Program-made: the position numbers and the translations under genes
Source: Eledone cirrhosa
Lineage: Eukaryota
Assembly: GCA_964016885.1 (NCBI GenBank)
Contig: OZ024741.1
Location: 300,824,001 to 300,888,000 of the forward strand
DNA length: 64,000 nt
Direction of reading: 5' to 3'
Shown: positions 1 to 13,689 of the stretch, in pieces
Layout: the number at the start of each line of letters is the position of its first letter
How positions within the stretch are numbered: the stretch's first letter is position 1
The notes under the pieces: generated by a model
What the model was told of the DNA's origin: nothing
The model's input: the letters and a program-made list of their open reading frames with translations, nothing else
Databases searched by the model: none

Positions 1-990
1 GAGCCCTCGGCCGAATGTTTGTGCAGAAAGGTGGTCATCCTGGTGTGTCTACAGTTTATAATTATGTCAGATCTTGAGTTTATGGCCGATTTCAATTTAA
101 TGATCTCAGCCGCCTCGGCCAGGCATAACCTGCAGTGGTTTCTGTCGCTAAGGAGTTGGGCCACGGGTCTTTTAACTGACCATTTGATCTGGTATTCGAT
201 GTTCCTGTCTTTGAGGTCCCAGATTAAGTCCGCCAGTCTTGTTTGGGATCGTTTGGGCCCGTGTTTGAAGGAGGTATTGTGGTTATACCAGCGCTTCTTA
301 AACGTAGTCGAGGAAGCCCCTATGACATTGCACCGGTAAATAATGTTTTTAACGAGGCACTCCCCCGTTTAATGGGCATTTTACCCGCTTTTTGCAGTTG
401 CAGTTGGGGGTTATGGGTTTGTTGTCACGTTGTCGGTTGTTCGTATTCTGTGTGGAGCTGGCATGTGGGTTGCTGTGTTGTGTTGTGCTTGTGGTTTCGT
501 TCTGGCTTGTGCTAGTAATTGTTGTAGTGATATCATGCGTTTGCGTATTTTTGTCCTATTTGTGTGTGCTATTGTGTCGCCTAGATTTGGTTCTGTAGAG
601 AAGAAGAATTTGACAGTGCGTCTATTAAAGAGCTTGTGGTATTTATGTGTGGGTGGGAAGGATTGTTTCAGAGCTCTGAAGAGGGTTCCCGGTATATTCG
701 TGGCAACGTGTATAGAATATGGGGCGTTGTACCATGTCAGGGGTCTGCTTCGGGCTTTACGGTGTTCAGTGTGGTTGGTGTGGTTTGGTGGTTGCGTGGG
801 TGCGTTTTGGTCAGGCGTATTTGTCATGGGGGTTCCTGCTATTCTATGCCGTTAAGTCTCGGGTCTCTATTACTACGTAGTCGCGTGCGATACTCAGAGT
901 CCTTACTGGGGTTTGAGAGTATAGCTTTATCTCCTTGGCAGTTATGTGCAACGCTGCCTGTCCTGCCGGCTAGGGCTGGTCTTTGGTTAG
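1..990 (-). mobile_element. Penelope-like element, 3' part (RT thumb/linker plus GIY-YIG endonuclease), with a probable inverted pLTR piece at about 856-990
   Basis: Minus ORF 411-827 reads LTWYNAPYS..ATNIPGTLFRALKQSFPPTHKYHKLFNRRTVK, the typical PLE linker. The downstream minus frame gives CNC..CPLNGEC..IIYRC..YLGST..FKTR and a C-terminal CLAE...C-KHS. Runs off the window edge. Confidence 0.85.
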
Positions 991-1103
991 TATATATATA
1001 TATATATGTATAAGCATATATATATATGTATGTGTATATATATATGTGTATATATATATGTATGTGTGTATATATATGTATATATATATATATGTATGTA
1101 TAT

Positions 1104-1156
<53 letters not shown>

Positions 1157-1157
1157 A

Positions 1158-1217
<60 letters not shown>

Positions 1218-1245
1218 AATTATTTACCACTTATCAAATCCTCAG

Positions 1246-1290
<45 letters not shown>

Positions 1291-1295
1291 ATATA
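991..1295. repeat. (TA)n/(TG)n microsatellite; one of many such tracts (also about 2093-2425, 5085-5830, 7090-7447, 36750-37297, 51914-52021, 60472-60848, 61578-62030)
   Basis: Directly visible dinucleotide repeats. They generate the spurious YIYI/CVCV ORFs. Confidence 0.99.
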
Positions 1296-1667
1296 CTGAG
1301 CATTTGATCAGAGGTAAATAATTGTTTCTTCTTTTGGCACAAGGCCAACAATTACCGAGTGTATTACTGGTACTTTATTTTATCGATCCCGTAAGGATAA
1401 AAGGCAAAGTTACCCTTGGCGGGATTTCAACTAAGATCATAAAGGGACCTAACTCTATGCTTCAAAGCATGGTGTCTGACTCTCTACCGATACTGCCAAT
1501 CCACCGCCTTATCAGAGGTAAATAATGTAATGGAGATAGATTGAGTGACGCAACTTCAGGCGATCAGCGGCCTCTAGTCTCACCTGATCAATGAAACAAT
1601 TGTTAATACCTGAAATAAAGCCCCTTGCTGCACAGCCAACCATAATACTCTTCATTCTTTCTCTCAC
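1293..1667 (+). mobile_element. PLE pLTR remnant with a degenerate type I hammerhead, interrupted by a SINE
   Basis: CTGAGCA at 1296 (the inverted copy at 1214-1250 has CTGAGGA). Helix II base TTGATCAG/CTGATCAA, then GAAA-CAATTG-TT-AATAC at 1593-1609. Tail ends ...CTCAC|TATATA. Confidence 0.55.
1323..1510 (-). mobile_element. tRNA-derived SINE (octopus type) with 16-bp target-site duplication
   Basis: Reverse complement starts AAGGCGGTGGATTGGCAGTATCGGTAG, has a B-box-like GTTGAAATCCC and central GCCTTTTATCCTTACGGGATCGATAAAATAAAGTACCAG. TSD ATCAGAGGTAAATAAT at 1307-1322 and 1511-1526. Homologous to 17473-17672. Confidence 0.9.
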
Positions 1668-1944
1668 TATATATATATATATGTGTGTGTATGTATGTAT
1701 ATATATTTCTATGTTCCCTTTGTCAAGGCAGAATTCTATGAGAAGGAAAACTCTAATATAACACCTGCAACCCTGATGGTATCCATTGATGTTGACTTGT
1801 TCTTCTTTTTGGTAAATATCATCTTGGTTAAGAGAGTGGGACTGGCTTTGTGCAGTACCTTTGCTCACGGCACAGGCATTGCTTTATATCTGGAGATCTC
1901 TCTGCACTTGTCGTCACATGGTACCATGGGTCTAGCACTATGTG

Positions 1945-2093
1945 ACAATAATTGTCACAAGTGTAGTGTTTGTACCAGAGTTTTCAAGTCGCTGGTTGGA
2001 CTAAAAAGTCACACTCGTTCAGCGCATCGGAAGTGGTTCTCCTACATGGATATAAAGTAGTGGCCGTACTCGAAAACGAGTTGGCAGCCACCA
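1945..2093 (+). mobile_element. RTE LINE extreme 3' fragment (last C2H2 finger plus 3' stem-loop)
   Basis: [22 protein letters not shown]. Its 3' end GGCCGTACTCGAAAACGAGTTGGCAGCCACCA matches 5359-5391 and is followed by (TA)n. Confidence 0.75.
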
Positions 2094-2111
2094 TATATAT
2101 ATATACATGTA

Positions 2112-2161
<50 letters not shown>

Positions 2162-2213
2162 AGTATATATGTATGTATATATGCATATATGTATATGTAT
2201 ATGTATATATAAG

Positions 2214-2245
<32 letters not shown>

Positions 2246-2246
2246 A

Positions 2247-2318
<72 letters not shown>

Positions 2319-2425
2319 ATACTTTGGGGAGGGTCATGTTGCCAATAAGACACCCACTATATATAAATATATATATATGTATATATATATGTATATATAT
2401 ATGTATATATATATGTATATATATA

Positions 2426-5391
2426 TGTGCTGGACGGACCACCGCCTGGTACGCGCAAAAGTGAAACTAATCTCTAAGCGTAAAATCCGGGCTCCTGGTG
2501 TTGCCCTGCCCAAAAGATTGAATGCTGCTCGTCTCAAGGATAAACATGTGAAGAGGACATTGGAAGAATAGATGCAGGCTGCAGATCTTGGTGAGGATTG
2601 GCCGACTCTTAAAAAGTCGGTTTATGATGTAGGCAGGCGTGTTCTGGGATTGGCGCAGAGGAAACATCAGGACTGGTTTGATGAGAATGATGTACATATA
2701 GAAGACTTGTTGGCTGATAAGAGGCGTGCTCTGTCTCGCTACTTGACGGCAAAACCACAGGAGAGGAATACGTTGCATGAGGAACTCAGGGATGTAAAAT
2801 CACGTGTTAGGCGGAGTCTTTCTCAGATGAAGGATCAGTGGTGGAGTGAGAAGGCTGGTGAGATACAAACTGCGTATGATTCCAATAACACAAAGCTGTT
2901 GTACAGTCTCTTGCGTGAGGTTTATGGACCATCTTCTTCTATGGTGACACCGCTTCGCAGCAAGGATGGCAAAGAACTTCTTCGTGACTCACAAGGAATT
3001 CTACGAAGGTGGCGAGAGCACTTTGATGATCTTTTGAATCAGCCGTCTGTCGTCAGTGAAGATTTCCTCAATCTCATTCCAGAAAGTCCTGTGAAAGTAG
3101 CTCTCGCAGAACCTCCGACGCTTGTGGAGGTTGCAGTGGCTATTTCGAAGCTGAACAGTATGGATGGCATACATGCTGAGCTCCTACAATATGGTGGTGA
3201 GAGACTCCTGCAACATCTTCACTCTTTGTTTGGCAGGATATGGGCTAATGAATCCGTACCTGAGGACTGGAGAGATGCAGTAATGGTGGTCTTGTACAAG
3301 GGAAAGGGTAACAGGAACGATTGGGGGAACTACAGAGGTATATCATTGCTTTCTGTCGTAGGGAAAGTTTTATGTAGGGTGCTTCTGGACCGTCTGCTGA
3401 CACACATTGCAGATTGTGTTCTTCCTCAAAGTCAATCTGTTTTCGTGTTGGACGCGGCACTACTGATATGATCTTCTCAGCTAGACAGCTCCAGGAGAAG
3501 TGCATGGAATAAGGCTTGGATCTGTATCAGGTTTTTGTCGATCTGACAAAAGCTTTCGATACTGTTAACAGAGATGCATTATGGAAGGTTCTCCAGAAAC
3601 TTGGTTGCCCTGATAAGTTCCTTGCTTTAGTTAGGTCTTTCCATGACGACATGAAGGCTTGGGTTAATGTCGGGAGTAGCATGTCGGAGCCTATCTCGGT
3701 AAAAAATGGAGTGAAACGGGGATATTCCAGCACCGACCCTGTTTGCCATATACTTTGCAATGGTTTTCTGTATTGCATTCAGGAATTGCGAGCATGGTGT
3801 TTACATCCGATATCGAACCTCAGGCAGCATATTTAACATCAGGCGCTTTGCTGCGAAGACAAAAGTATTTACATCAATCATAAGAGACCTCTTGTATGCA
3901 GATGTTTGCGATCTTGTAGCGCACACAGAGAGTGATATGCAGCCCATTTTGAATGCATTTTCTGACGCTTGCACTGCCCTAGGTCTGACTGTCAGTCTCA
4001 AGAAAACCGTCGTCATGTACCAACCTGCCCCTGGTAAGCAGTACACTGAACCAAACATCTATGTGTATGGCAAACGACTTGGAGTGGTTGATCAGTTTGT
4101 CTACCTGGGAAGCACTGTCAATTGATACAGCAACCTTGACAGTGAAATCTCACTTAGGATTAGGAAAGCAAGTGATGCTTTCGGAAAGCTAGAAAGGCGA
4201 CTCTGGGGTCGGCGAGACATATGCAGGAGGACAAAGGTAAAGGTGTACAGGGCATGTGTGCTCTCTTGTCTTCTTTATGCCTGCGATATCTGGGTCACAT
4301 ATCGACACCACCTTAAGCAATTGGAGCGTTTCCATCAGATGTGTCTCAGACGGATCCATGGCGTTCACTGGAGGGACCACATCAGTGATGTCGAGATTTT
4401 GGAAAGCTGTATGTGTGACAGTATAGAAGCTCTTGTGCTTAAGCAACGACTCCGTTGGAGTGGTCACCTTGCCAGGATGAAGGATTCTAGAATACCAAAA
4501 CAACTCTTATATGGAGAGTTGGTTAAAGGAGAACGAACGCCACATAAACCAAAAAAGAGGTATAAGGATTCCTTGAAAGCCTCTCTGAAAGACGCTAACA
4601 TCTCTGCTGATACATGGGAGAATATTGCTGCCGATCGTAATAAATGGAGAAAGTCTGTATATGAGGGAACAGTTGCCTTTGAGGCATCTTGAATCGCATA
4701 CGAGAAAGTAAAGCGGGATGTGAGGAAGGGCATTCCTGTTGCACTTCCAGACGGCGAGGGTCCTTCTATGGTGCTGACATGTAGCGTATGTGCGAGACTC
4801 TGCCTAAGCAAAGCTGGACTCGAAAGTCATCTTCGCAGTCATAAAGTAAGACCAGTGGTTTACTACCAGGCTGCTGTTGGAGATGCTACTCATCATGCTT
4901 GCCAAACATGTGGTAGAGAATGTAAATCAGCAGGAGGACTCAAGCGACATGCAAAATTACACGAACTCCAACCACAGCCGACTATTCCCAGTAAATATTT
5001 TGGTTGCCGACTCTGTGCAAGACATTTTAGATCATTTGCTGGGCTAAAAAGCCACATTCGATCGCAGCGCTGTTAGTTGCTATCGTGTGTGTGTGTGTGT
5101 GTGTATATGCATATGTGTGTGCGTGTGTGTCTATATATATATGTATATGTATATTATTATTGTTGTTGTCGTTATTATTATTGTTGTTATCATTATTATT
5201 ATTATTGTTATTAATGTATGTGTGTGTGTATATGTGTGTGTGGGGGGGGGGGGTATGTGTATGTGTGTGTGTATGTGTATATATATATTTCTTTTTTTCT
5301 TTTTTTTCCTTTTTTATATTTATTTATTATTATATTTTTTTTCTTTCTCCTCGTGCAATGGCCATACTCGATAACGAGGGGGCAGCCATCA
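2426..5391 (+). mobile_element. 5'-truncated RTE-clade LINE (end of APE domain, RT, three C-terminal C2H2 fingers), disrupted
   Basis: CWTDHRLVR (APE end), NYRGISLLSVVGKV, FVDLTKAFDTVNR, LLYADV(D)CDL, RLRWSGHLARMKDSRIPKQLLYGEL. Several stops and frameshifts. Flanked by (TA)n. Confidence 0.92.
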
Positions 5392-5513
5392 TGTATATAT
5401 ATATATATATGTATGTATATATATATATACATATATACATATGTATATATATATATATGTATATATGTATGTATACATATATAGGTATATCTATATATAT
5501 GTATATATGTATG

Positions 5514-5550
<37 letters not shown>

Positions 5551-5737
5551 GTATATATGTGTATATATATATGTATATATATATATGTATATGTATGTAT
5601 ATATATATGTATATGTATGTATATATATATGTATATGTATGTATATATATATAAGTATATATATATGTGTATGTATATAAATATATAAATATATATGTAT
5701 GTACATATATGTATATATTTATATGTATGTATGTAAA

Positions 5738-5795
<58 letters not shown>

Positions 5796-5837
5796 CCTGT
5801 ATGTGTGTGTGTATATATATATATTATGTATATCTAA

Positions 5838-6040
5838 AGTCTAAATTATGTCTTAAGGCAGAAGGCTCATTTGGCCGGTGCTTAGCCCGGTTTCATGGCG
5901 TGAAGCGACTGAGAGTACAAGACACCCAGTCCCCCCCCTCCCCCCTGGACAGGACGCCAATCCAACACCAGGTTAAACCTCCAGCTACTGCTGGTACTCA
6001 TTTTTATCTGAGTATACTGGAGCAACGTGAAATGAAGTGA
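5838..6040 (-). mobile_element. SINE 3' portion (second family, related to 36402)
   Basis: Reverse complement contains ATTTCACGTTGCTCC, shared with 36504-36518, and ends with GCTTCACGCCATGAAACCGGG...GAGCC. Confidence 0.6.
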
Positions 6041-6243
6041 AATGTATATATATATATATAAATATATTACACAAAGAGAAGTGTGTTACACAGTGAGATG
6101 TGTGTAAAGAATTATTACAAGTGAGTTTTACCGTTACTGTATAAAGAACAATATCTACAGGTTTAGCAATTAAATAGAAAAAATCTAAGTCAGAATCAAA
6201 TCTCTGAAGTAGAGTCTTAAATTACCAACCTTATAACTATAAG

Positions 6244-6319
6244 TTTGCTGATACGAATCTCATTTGTTTCACCACAGACATGTGCAGTATAACAGCCCAC
6301 AGGAACCTCAGTCAGCAAA
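6244..6319 (-). ncRNA. Type I hammerhead ribozyme motif (mirror copy)
   Basis: Exact reverse complement of 6546-6621. Confidence 0.7.
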
Positions 6320-6545
6320 TGTGGATGCTGTTCACGACACAGCTAGAGAGAAAGCTAATATACAAATATACAAATTGTTGAGCTAATAAATTCGAATGGT
6401 TGGGCTGCCCTCTCTAGCATTTTCCCCAATCCATGAAAGCCGTTATTTGATGCAAATAACATGTGATTTCGCCCTACTCTGGGCAGCGTGTATATTAGCT
6501 TTCTCTCTATCCATGAGGTTAGATGTGTCGTGAACAGCATCCACA

Positions 6546-6621
6546 TTTGCTGACTGAGGTTCCTGTGGGCTGTTATACTGCACATGTCTGTGGTGAAACA
6601 AATGAGATTCGTATCAGCAAA
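6546..6621 (+). ncRNA. Type I hammerhead ribozyme motif
   Basis: Helix I TTTGCTGA/TCAGCAAA; core CTGAGGT (A9 to U); helix II CC..GG hairpin; GAAA; helix III ACAAAT-GAG-ATTCGT; cleavage triplet GTA at 6611-6613. Confidence 0.72.
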
Positions 6622-7329
6622 CTTATAGTTATAAGGTTGGTAATTTAAAACTCTACTTCAGAGATTTGATTCCAACTTAGTTTTTTTCTATTTAATTGCT
6701 AAACCTGTAGATATTGTTCTTTATACAGTAACGGTAAAACTCACTTGTAATAATTCTTTACACACATCTCCCTGTGTAACGCACTTCTCTTTGTGTAATA
6801 TATTTGCATTTGAGCTCGGAAGAAAATTCTCTATTCTTCTTTGAGCTTATATTATTATTATTACTGTGAACTGCGGAATAATCTTAATTCCGATCCTTTT
6901 ATACTATATATATATATATATATATGATAATAATGGAGCTGCGGCGTTGCAAATGGGTTACATATAAAAAAGTGAGTCCTTCATCAGTGACCCTCCAACC
7001 GTCCTAGGCATTTCATCGCTTTAAGGGCCATATACCTCAGGTCGGTGCGAACAACGGCTAAAAAAAGTCGTTGGGACACGTAAATAAAGATATATATATA
7101 TATATATATATATGCATGTATATATATTTATGTATTTATATATATATATATACGTATATATATATATATATGTATGTATACATTTATGTATGTATACACA
7201 TATATATATATATGTATATATATGTGTGTATATGTGTGTGTGTGTGTGAATGTATGTTTATATATTTATATATATATATATGTGTGGGTGTGTGTGTGTA
7301 GGTGGGTGGGTGTGTGAGTGGGTGTGTGA

Positions 7330-7451
<122 letters not shown>

Positions 7452-8050
7452 GTTAGATCTCTGAAATAGCAATGTATATATGAATTATACGTAGTACATA
7501 TTGTATATTTAATGGTATACTGTATGTTTATTTTTTAGGGCCTTTCGCTATGAATTTAACATAGTGCCCATAGTCACATACCTAGCTTCTCCAAAAACAG
7601 AGGGGAATAACCGACGCGTTTATCACTGTTTAACGGCCTTCAAAATCTGTTTTATTAAACATAGAGTATATTGTTAAAGATACAATACGTACATTCATAA
7701 ATACATCGGTGTTTTAGAACTCAACACAAAGTTATAACCTTGATGACCATAGCGAAGTGGTCTGTCCATTCCAAGCCGCCAGAAAAATTCGACTACCATA
7801 GCCAAGGCCGTTGGCAGCAAGTAGGGCTATCACAGTTGAGAGAACAACTTGTTGTTCGCTTAGGTACTGTGCTATCGGGAAAATGGAAATGAGATATATT
7901 TTGAATTTAAAGCCGTTGCACTTCTCAACGTGTTAAAATACATAAATTGTAAACAAATATAGAGGTAATAGGAAATTATGAAAATAACATCTACACACAT
8001 ATATAAATGCATATATATACACACAAACACACACACACATATATACGTAT

Positions 8051-8095
<45 letters not shown>

Positions 8096-8097
8096 AA

Positions 8098-8178
<81 letters not shown>

Positions 8179-9177
8179 GTGTGCAACTAGAGTTACGGGT
8201 GGTTCACCGCCTAACCACTCAATGCTGTTACGAGGCTGCAACACAGGCATCGATTCTACTAATTCTCTCACTCTCTGTCCATATATATATGTATATATAT
8301 ATGTATATATACATACATACACACACATCTTGATTGATACATGTTAAGGAGAGTTGCACATAGTTTCTCCTGAATGACGAATGTAAATGCTCTCTTCACA
8401 TCTATAACACTTTACTACTACAAAATTAAAATATCACAAGAATATATGTTTCGCACGAAATATGTGCTATATATCTTCCTCTGGCTAAAATATATATTTG
8501 TATAATGCCTTTGACGGAAATATGTTTCAATATTTATATAAGTTCTTCCTTATTATTTTTTTTTTTTTTCAATTATAACAGAAAATAGAAGTCGAACAAA
8601 TTTCGATTTTTTGTTAACAAAAATAGATATATACTGGAGAGTAGATGACATTATTTAATGGCAAAATTAAACAAATCTATTCGCTGCAAACTTATGGTCG
8701 AAAGACCGAATATGTAATAGAAAAATATTAATAGGATATCATTAACTAAAATGTAGAATCTCTGTCAGAATTAAAATTATTTGGGACCAGAATAAACCCG
8801 GCAAATATAACAAAGTATTTAATTCTAAATATCAAGTTTAGGATCGGAAAGAACTTTTATATCTCGTAAAGGGCCTAAAACACCCTGAAATTTATGACAA
8901 TAATACAAATCATATGACGCTGTCATTCAGTTTAGTGTATTTATCATTCAAATCCATGACATAAGAAAACATTCGCACACACACACACTCATATTTACAT
9001 ATTTACATATTTACTTATATATATATTTACATATATATATATGGAGAGAGAGAAACACGGACACACGCACATACATAACATACACACACTCATATGTACA
9101 TATATATAGAAACACGGACACTGACACAGACACACACACACACACATACATATATACATACATACATACATACATAC

Positions 9178-12100
9178 GACGCGATCAGTCGCATATTTTG
9201 GCGTGGGAGACTATTTATTAAATTTAAGATGAATACTATCTCCGACAGTAATGCCACAACTACAGCCAGGTTGAATAACTAGTTATTCTTCTAACTATCC
9301 CTTCTGAAGACACCTTTTATTCGAATTCGTAGAGATATCCGACTAAATACATAATTCATTTTACAAGGATTTGCTATAAACAGCATGGCTGAACACAACA
9401 TCAACAAGAAAATTAAGGAAGTATCGAAGACAAATAACAAAGAAGGTAATCAAACTTTATTCAGTTGTAGCTACAGAAGAAACCGAAATTATAAATCGCA
9501 TTTCTCTTGGAGTTGCGAACTTAATAATGATTTATTTAATTGTTATAAAATGGCAAAAAACAATCCCTCCATTGGCTATATGAATAGAATGAAGCTACAC
9601 TGGGACGAAATGCACCCAGAGCTAAATTATTTCACAGCGAAACAATTACGCCAACAAGCGACGTTTGTTGAACGTAAAAATAAGATAAATATTATTAATT
9701 GTAAGTCCCCCACACCACACATGGAATCAACAACACGTGCTACAGATCGCCATGCTACTAGACTTCCTAGCAGCCAGGTCGAACAGCGCCTTGAAACAAC
9801 TATGCCTGTACCATCTAAGTCTAACTCGAATGCTGGGGAACACACTATCGATAATAATAATAATCGAAGAAATAATAATAATAATCGAATAAATGTGACA
9901 CCACGTGTACCATCTGAGTCTACCTCGACTGTTGTGGAAAATACTATCGATAATGATAATGAAAAGTATAAACAATTGAAAATTTCCCTCAACAAAATCT
10001 TCCAGAGAGAAATTAATTCATGTATAAATATCTCTCTGGCTGAACGTATTAAAATGACAATGGTGAATAAAAAACAAAATAATGAAATACTACGTGTTAT
10101 TGACGAAATAGGGGATGAATATTTACGACGGATAAAAACCCCAACATTTTGGCAAATCAACGCCTGTTTATATGCCTTAGCAATGACAGTGAAGCATTAT
10201 CTTGGTGATAGCAGAGATATTAACAAGAACAAAACACCACCAAAAATACCATTATATATAACTAAAATAGAAAAAAAAGTGCTGACCTACGAAAAAACAT
10301 AGGACATGTGATAATGCTCCTTACATGCAAACAAACACAAAAAAACCTCACTCCTCACCAACAAAGAGTGAAAAATAAAATAGAGACGATGTTTGGTAAC
10401 AGTAGAACCAGAACTCTCCAATATAAGATAATCACCTTCAAACAAGAATTGACAGCTGTTAGCGAAAAACGCCGATACCCGAAGAAGGTAGATGAGAGTA
10501 AAATGCTTAATAAAAGATTCAGACGAAACCAAACATCAGTCTATAGAGATATGAAGGGCAAAATAATAAGTGTCACTGAGGCCCCATCCCAGAAAGACAT
10601 AGATTCCTTTTGGAGAAAAATATGGGGTGAAAAGAAGAATTTCAACCAAGATGCAGTGTGGCTAAGAGAAATCCGAAAGAACTATTGCTCCTACACTACA
10701 ACAAAAACATACGAAATAAGTGAGGGTACCCTTGAGACTGTGATAGGAAAACTCCAAGATAAGAAAACACCAGGAAGAGACATGATTGTCGGCTACTGGT
10801 ACAAAAAACTAATATTCTATCGGAGGTATCTTACTGACCTCTACCAACAAGTTCTTAAGGGAGATACACTTATACCAGAATGGTTGACATTAGCACAAAC
10901 GTTACTGGTCCCCAAGAACAAAGACACCCACTTGGCAAAAAACTACCGACCCATTGCATGCCAGAACCTGATGTATAAGATGTATACAGCCTGCCTGAAC
11001 CTATTCCTCCAAGATCACTGTGAAAATAATAACATCATCACAGATGAACAAGCTGCTGGAAAGAAAAGGGTTTGGGTATGTGCTGAACAACTCCTAATCA
11101 ACAAAACTGCGATGTCGGAGGTGCGACAACTTAGGAGGAATATGACTACAGTCTGGATGGACTACAAGAAAGCTTTCGATTCTGTTCCCCACTCTTGGAT
11201 GATAGAGGCCCTCCAACTTGCTAAAGTCCCAGACATTATTGTCAGAGCCATAGAGAAGCTGTCTTCTTCTTGGGCTACTATCCTAAGGTTAAAGACAGAG
11301 AGGGAGGACTCTATTTTCACTGATAAAATAAAATATTGCAGGGGTATATTTCAGGGGGACAGTCTCTCTGTGATATTGTTCATCTTGTCATTAAACCCCT
11401 TGTCCTTTCTACTCAAGAAATGTGAGGGATACATCATTGGCTCACGGGAGGACAGAAATACGAACCTAACCCATAACTTCTTTGTGGACGATCTGAAACT
11501 CTATGCCAAGAACATGGATGGGATGAAGAAAAATCTTGACCTGGTTACAACGTTCTCAAAGGATATAGGAATGGAGGTTGGCCAAGATAAATGCTCATAC
11601 ATGACTGTAAAGCGGGGAAAAACAACAACCCAATCTAGCAACATTGTCATCAATGGTCTAACTGTTTCACCGATATCTGATGAGGACTGCTACAGATACC
11701 TGGGGATAGATGAGAACATATCCTATAATGGTATCTGTAATAAAGAACGCGTAACCAGGGAATACTACACCTGATTAAGAAAGATCTGGTCATCGGAACT
11801 CTCTGCGCAAAACAAAACAGTAGCTCACAATGTGTTTGCTGTGCCTGTCCTAACACCAACGTTTGGAATACTCAATTGGACGATAGACGAAATCCGGGCA
11901 GTTGATGTTGGAACTCGAACAATACTGAACAACACCGGAAACTTCCACATCAACAGTGACATAGACCGCCTTTACTTGAAACGTAAGCAGGGAGGCAGAG
12001 GCCTAACATCAGTCCAGACAACATTTGAATGTCGCATCATATCTCTCCGACAACATCTACGAACCTCGAAGCGTAGGAGCCCGCTTCTCGAGCAAGTCTA

Positions 12101-13272
12101 TCTGCATGAAACAGATAAGATCATGAGAGTTGGGAAGGAACTCCTTGAGAGATATTCCCTGTGTGATAATCAAAAACTCACACCCAGGGATGTCACTCGG
12201 CAGTATCGCAGTGAATCCATGGATGAAAAACTGCATGCCTATCAGCAAAAAATCATGCATGGATATGTTGCCAGGAAGCTCCAGAGTGAGAGTAAAATAG
12301 ATAAGGAAAGTAGTCTATCTTGGACAAACAACCGCTATATTGGCTCCCACTTTGAAGGATACGCTTTTGCAATCCAAGAACAGGAGATTAGCACGAAATA
12401 CCTGATTCACAAAAGAGATAGGTATGCAGGCAAAACACCTAGATGTGATAACAAATGCAGACTCTGCAGAACTAACATCGAGGATATCACCCATGTCATC
12501 AGCAGCTGTCCAAAGATGTCATTGCGGTACTATCTACCTATGAGCCATGATGTAGTGGCCAAAGCACTGTACAATACAGTTCGTAAAAAAGATAGCCCCG
12601 ATAATAAACACATTAAAAGCTACAACAATGTGGAAGACATCCATGTACATAATATGAAAGAGTACTGGTGGAATGTTCCAGTAAAAACCCCAATAAAATG
12701 CAGGCATAACAGACCAGATATTATGACATGGGACAGGGAGAACAAAACATGCACAGTAGTGGAAATTAGCTGCCCAGCAGATGCCAATATAATATCAAAG
12801 ATTAGTGAAAAGGAGAATATTTATGCAGAACTGATGAGAAATCTGCAGATACTCTACCCTGATTACACCTTCAGATTTATGCCTGTTATTATTGGGGCAC
12901 TGGGATATGTTAGTAACTGCCTCAATACAAATCTTGAGAAGCTAGGCTTCACAGGAACAGAAAGTACACAACTAGTTAGGAAATTACAAGTACAATCCAT
13001 TAATGCAACAGTAAAAATATGTAAAACATTCCAAAAATGTTGCATCTAATAACTGCATATACACATGTACAGATACAAAGCATATACACATGCACACATA
13101 CAACTCAAAACATACACATCCATATCTACACATGCATGCATGCAGACATACATACATACATATCTACCTAGGTGATGTTGTGTAAATTCCAATGAGAGAG
13201 TCTTGTGTCTATGTTAGAAACCGACTCTCTCTCTATTGGTAAAACTTTGTGAAATTATAAAACCAGAAGAAC
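9178..13272 (+). mobile_element. Near full-length R4/Dong-clade non-LTR retrotransposon (RT plus CCHC and PD-D/ExK restriction-like endonuclease), family A
   Basis: NYRPIAC, WMDYKKAFDSVPHSW, GIFQGDSLS, FFVDDLKLY, CRLC..EDITHVISSC, RPDIMTWD..VEISCP. Frameshift near 10290 and a CGA-to-TGA stop at 11772. Both ends lie in (TACA)n. Confidence 0.93.
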
Positions 13273-13309
13273 ATACATACATACATACATACATACATAC
13301 ATACATACA

Positions 13310-13343
<34 letters not shown>

Positions 13344-13689
13344 GTAAATATCTGGAGGTGTGAAAAAGAAAAATGGAAAATAGTATTCAGTCAGAGATGA
13401 GAGCTGATGTATTATATTATTTATTTATATTCATACACGGAACAAAACGCTACAGAATGTTTCAATGCCCAATATTAACCATTTATTGAGATTGTAAGAA
13501 TCTTCAGGCGTTTAGAGGATTAGGTCACAATTTTAATTATTCTATCAGTTTGAAAGTGACAATCACAGGATATCGTTACGTTCGCATCCTTCTACATTAC
13601 TTTGCAACTATCATGCCAATTCTGTATGACTTCATATTGGAATTTACAACACAGATGCCAATGAAGATATACACAGACTGGCCATATTA

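Larger units (their letters stand above)
6060..6904 (+). mobile_element. Non-coding fold-back element: about 305-bp inverted arms (6060-6364 / 6489-6805) plus a 3' tail; probably PLE pLTR-derived
   Basis: Arms are near-perfect reverse complements and each contains a hammerhead. Flanked by (TA)n. Confidence 0.8.

Noticed and set aside
6925-7090. CTGATGA on the minus strand near 6981-6987 as a hammerhead
   Set aside because: No matching helix II partner or GAAA was found downstream.
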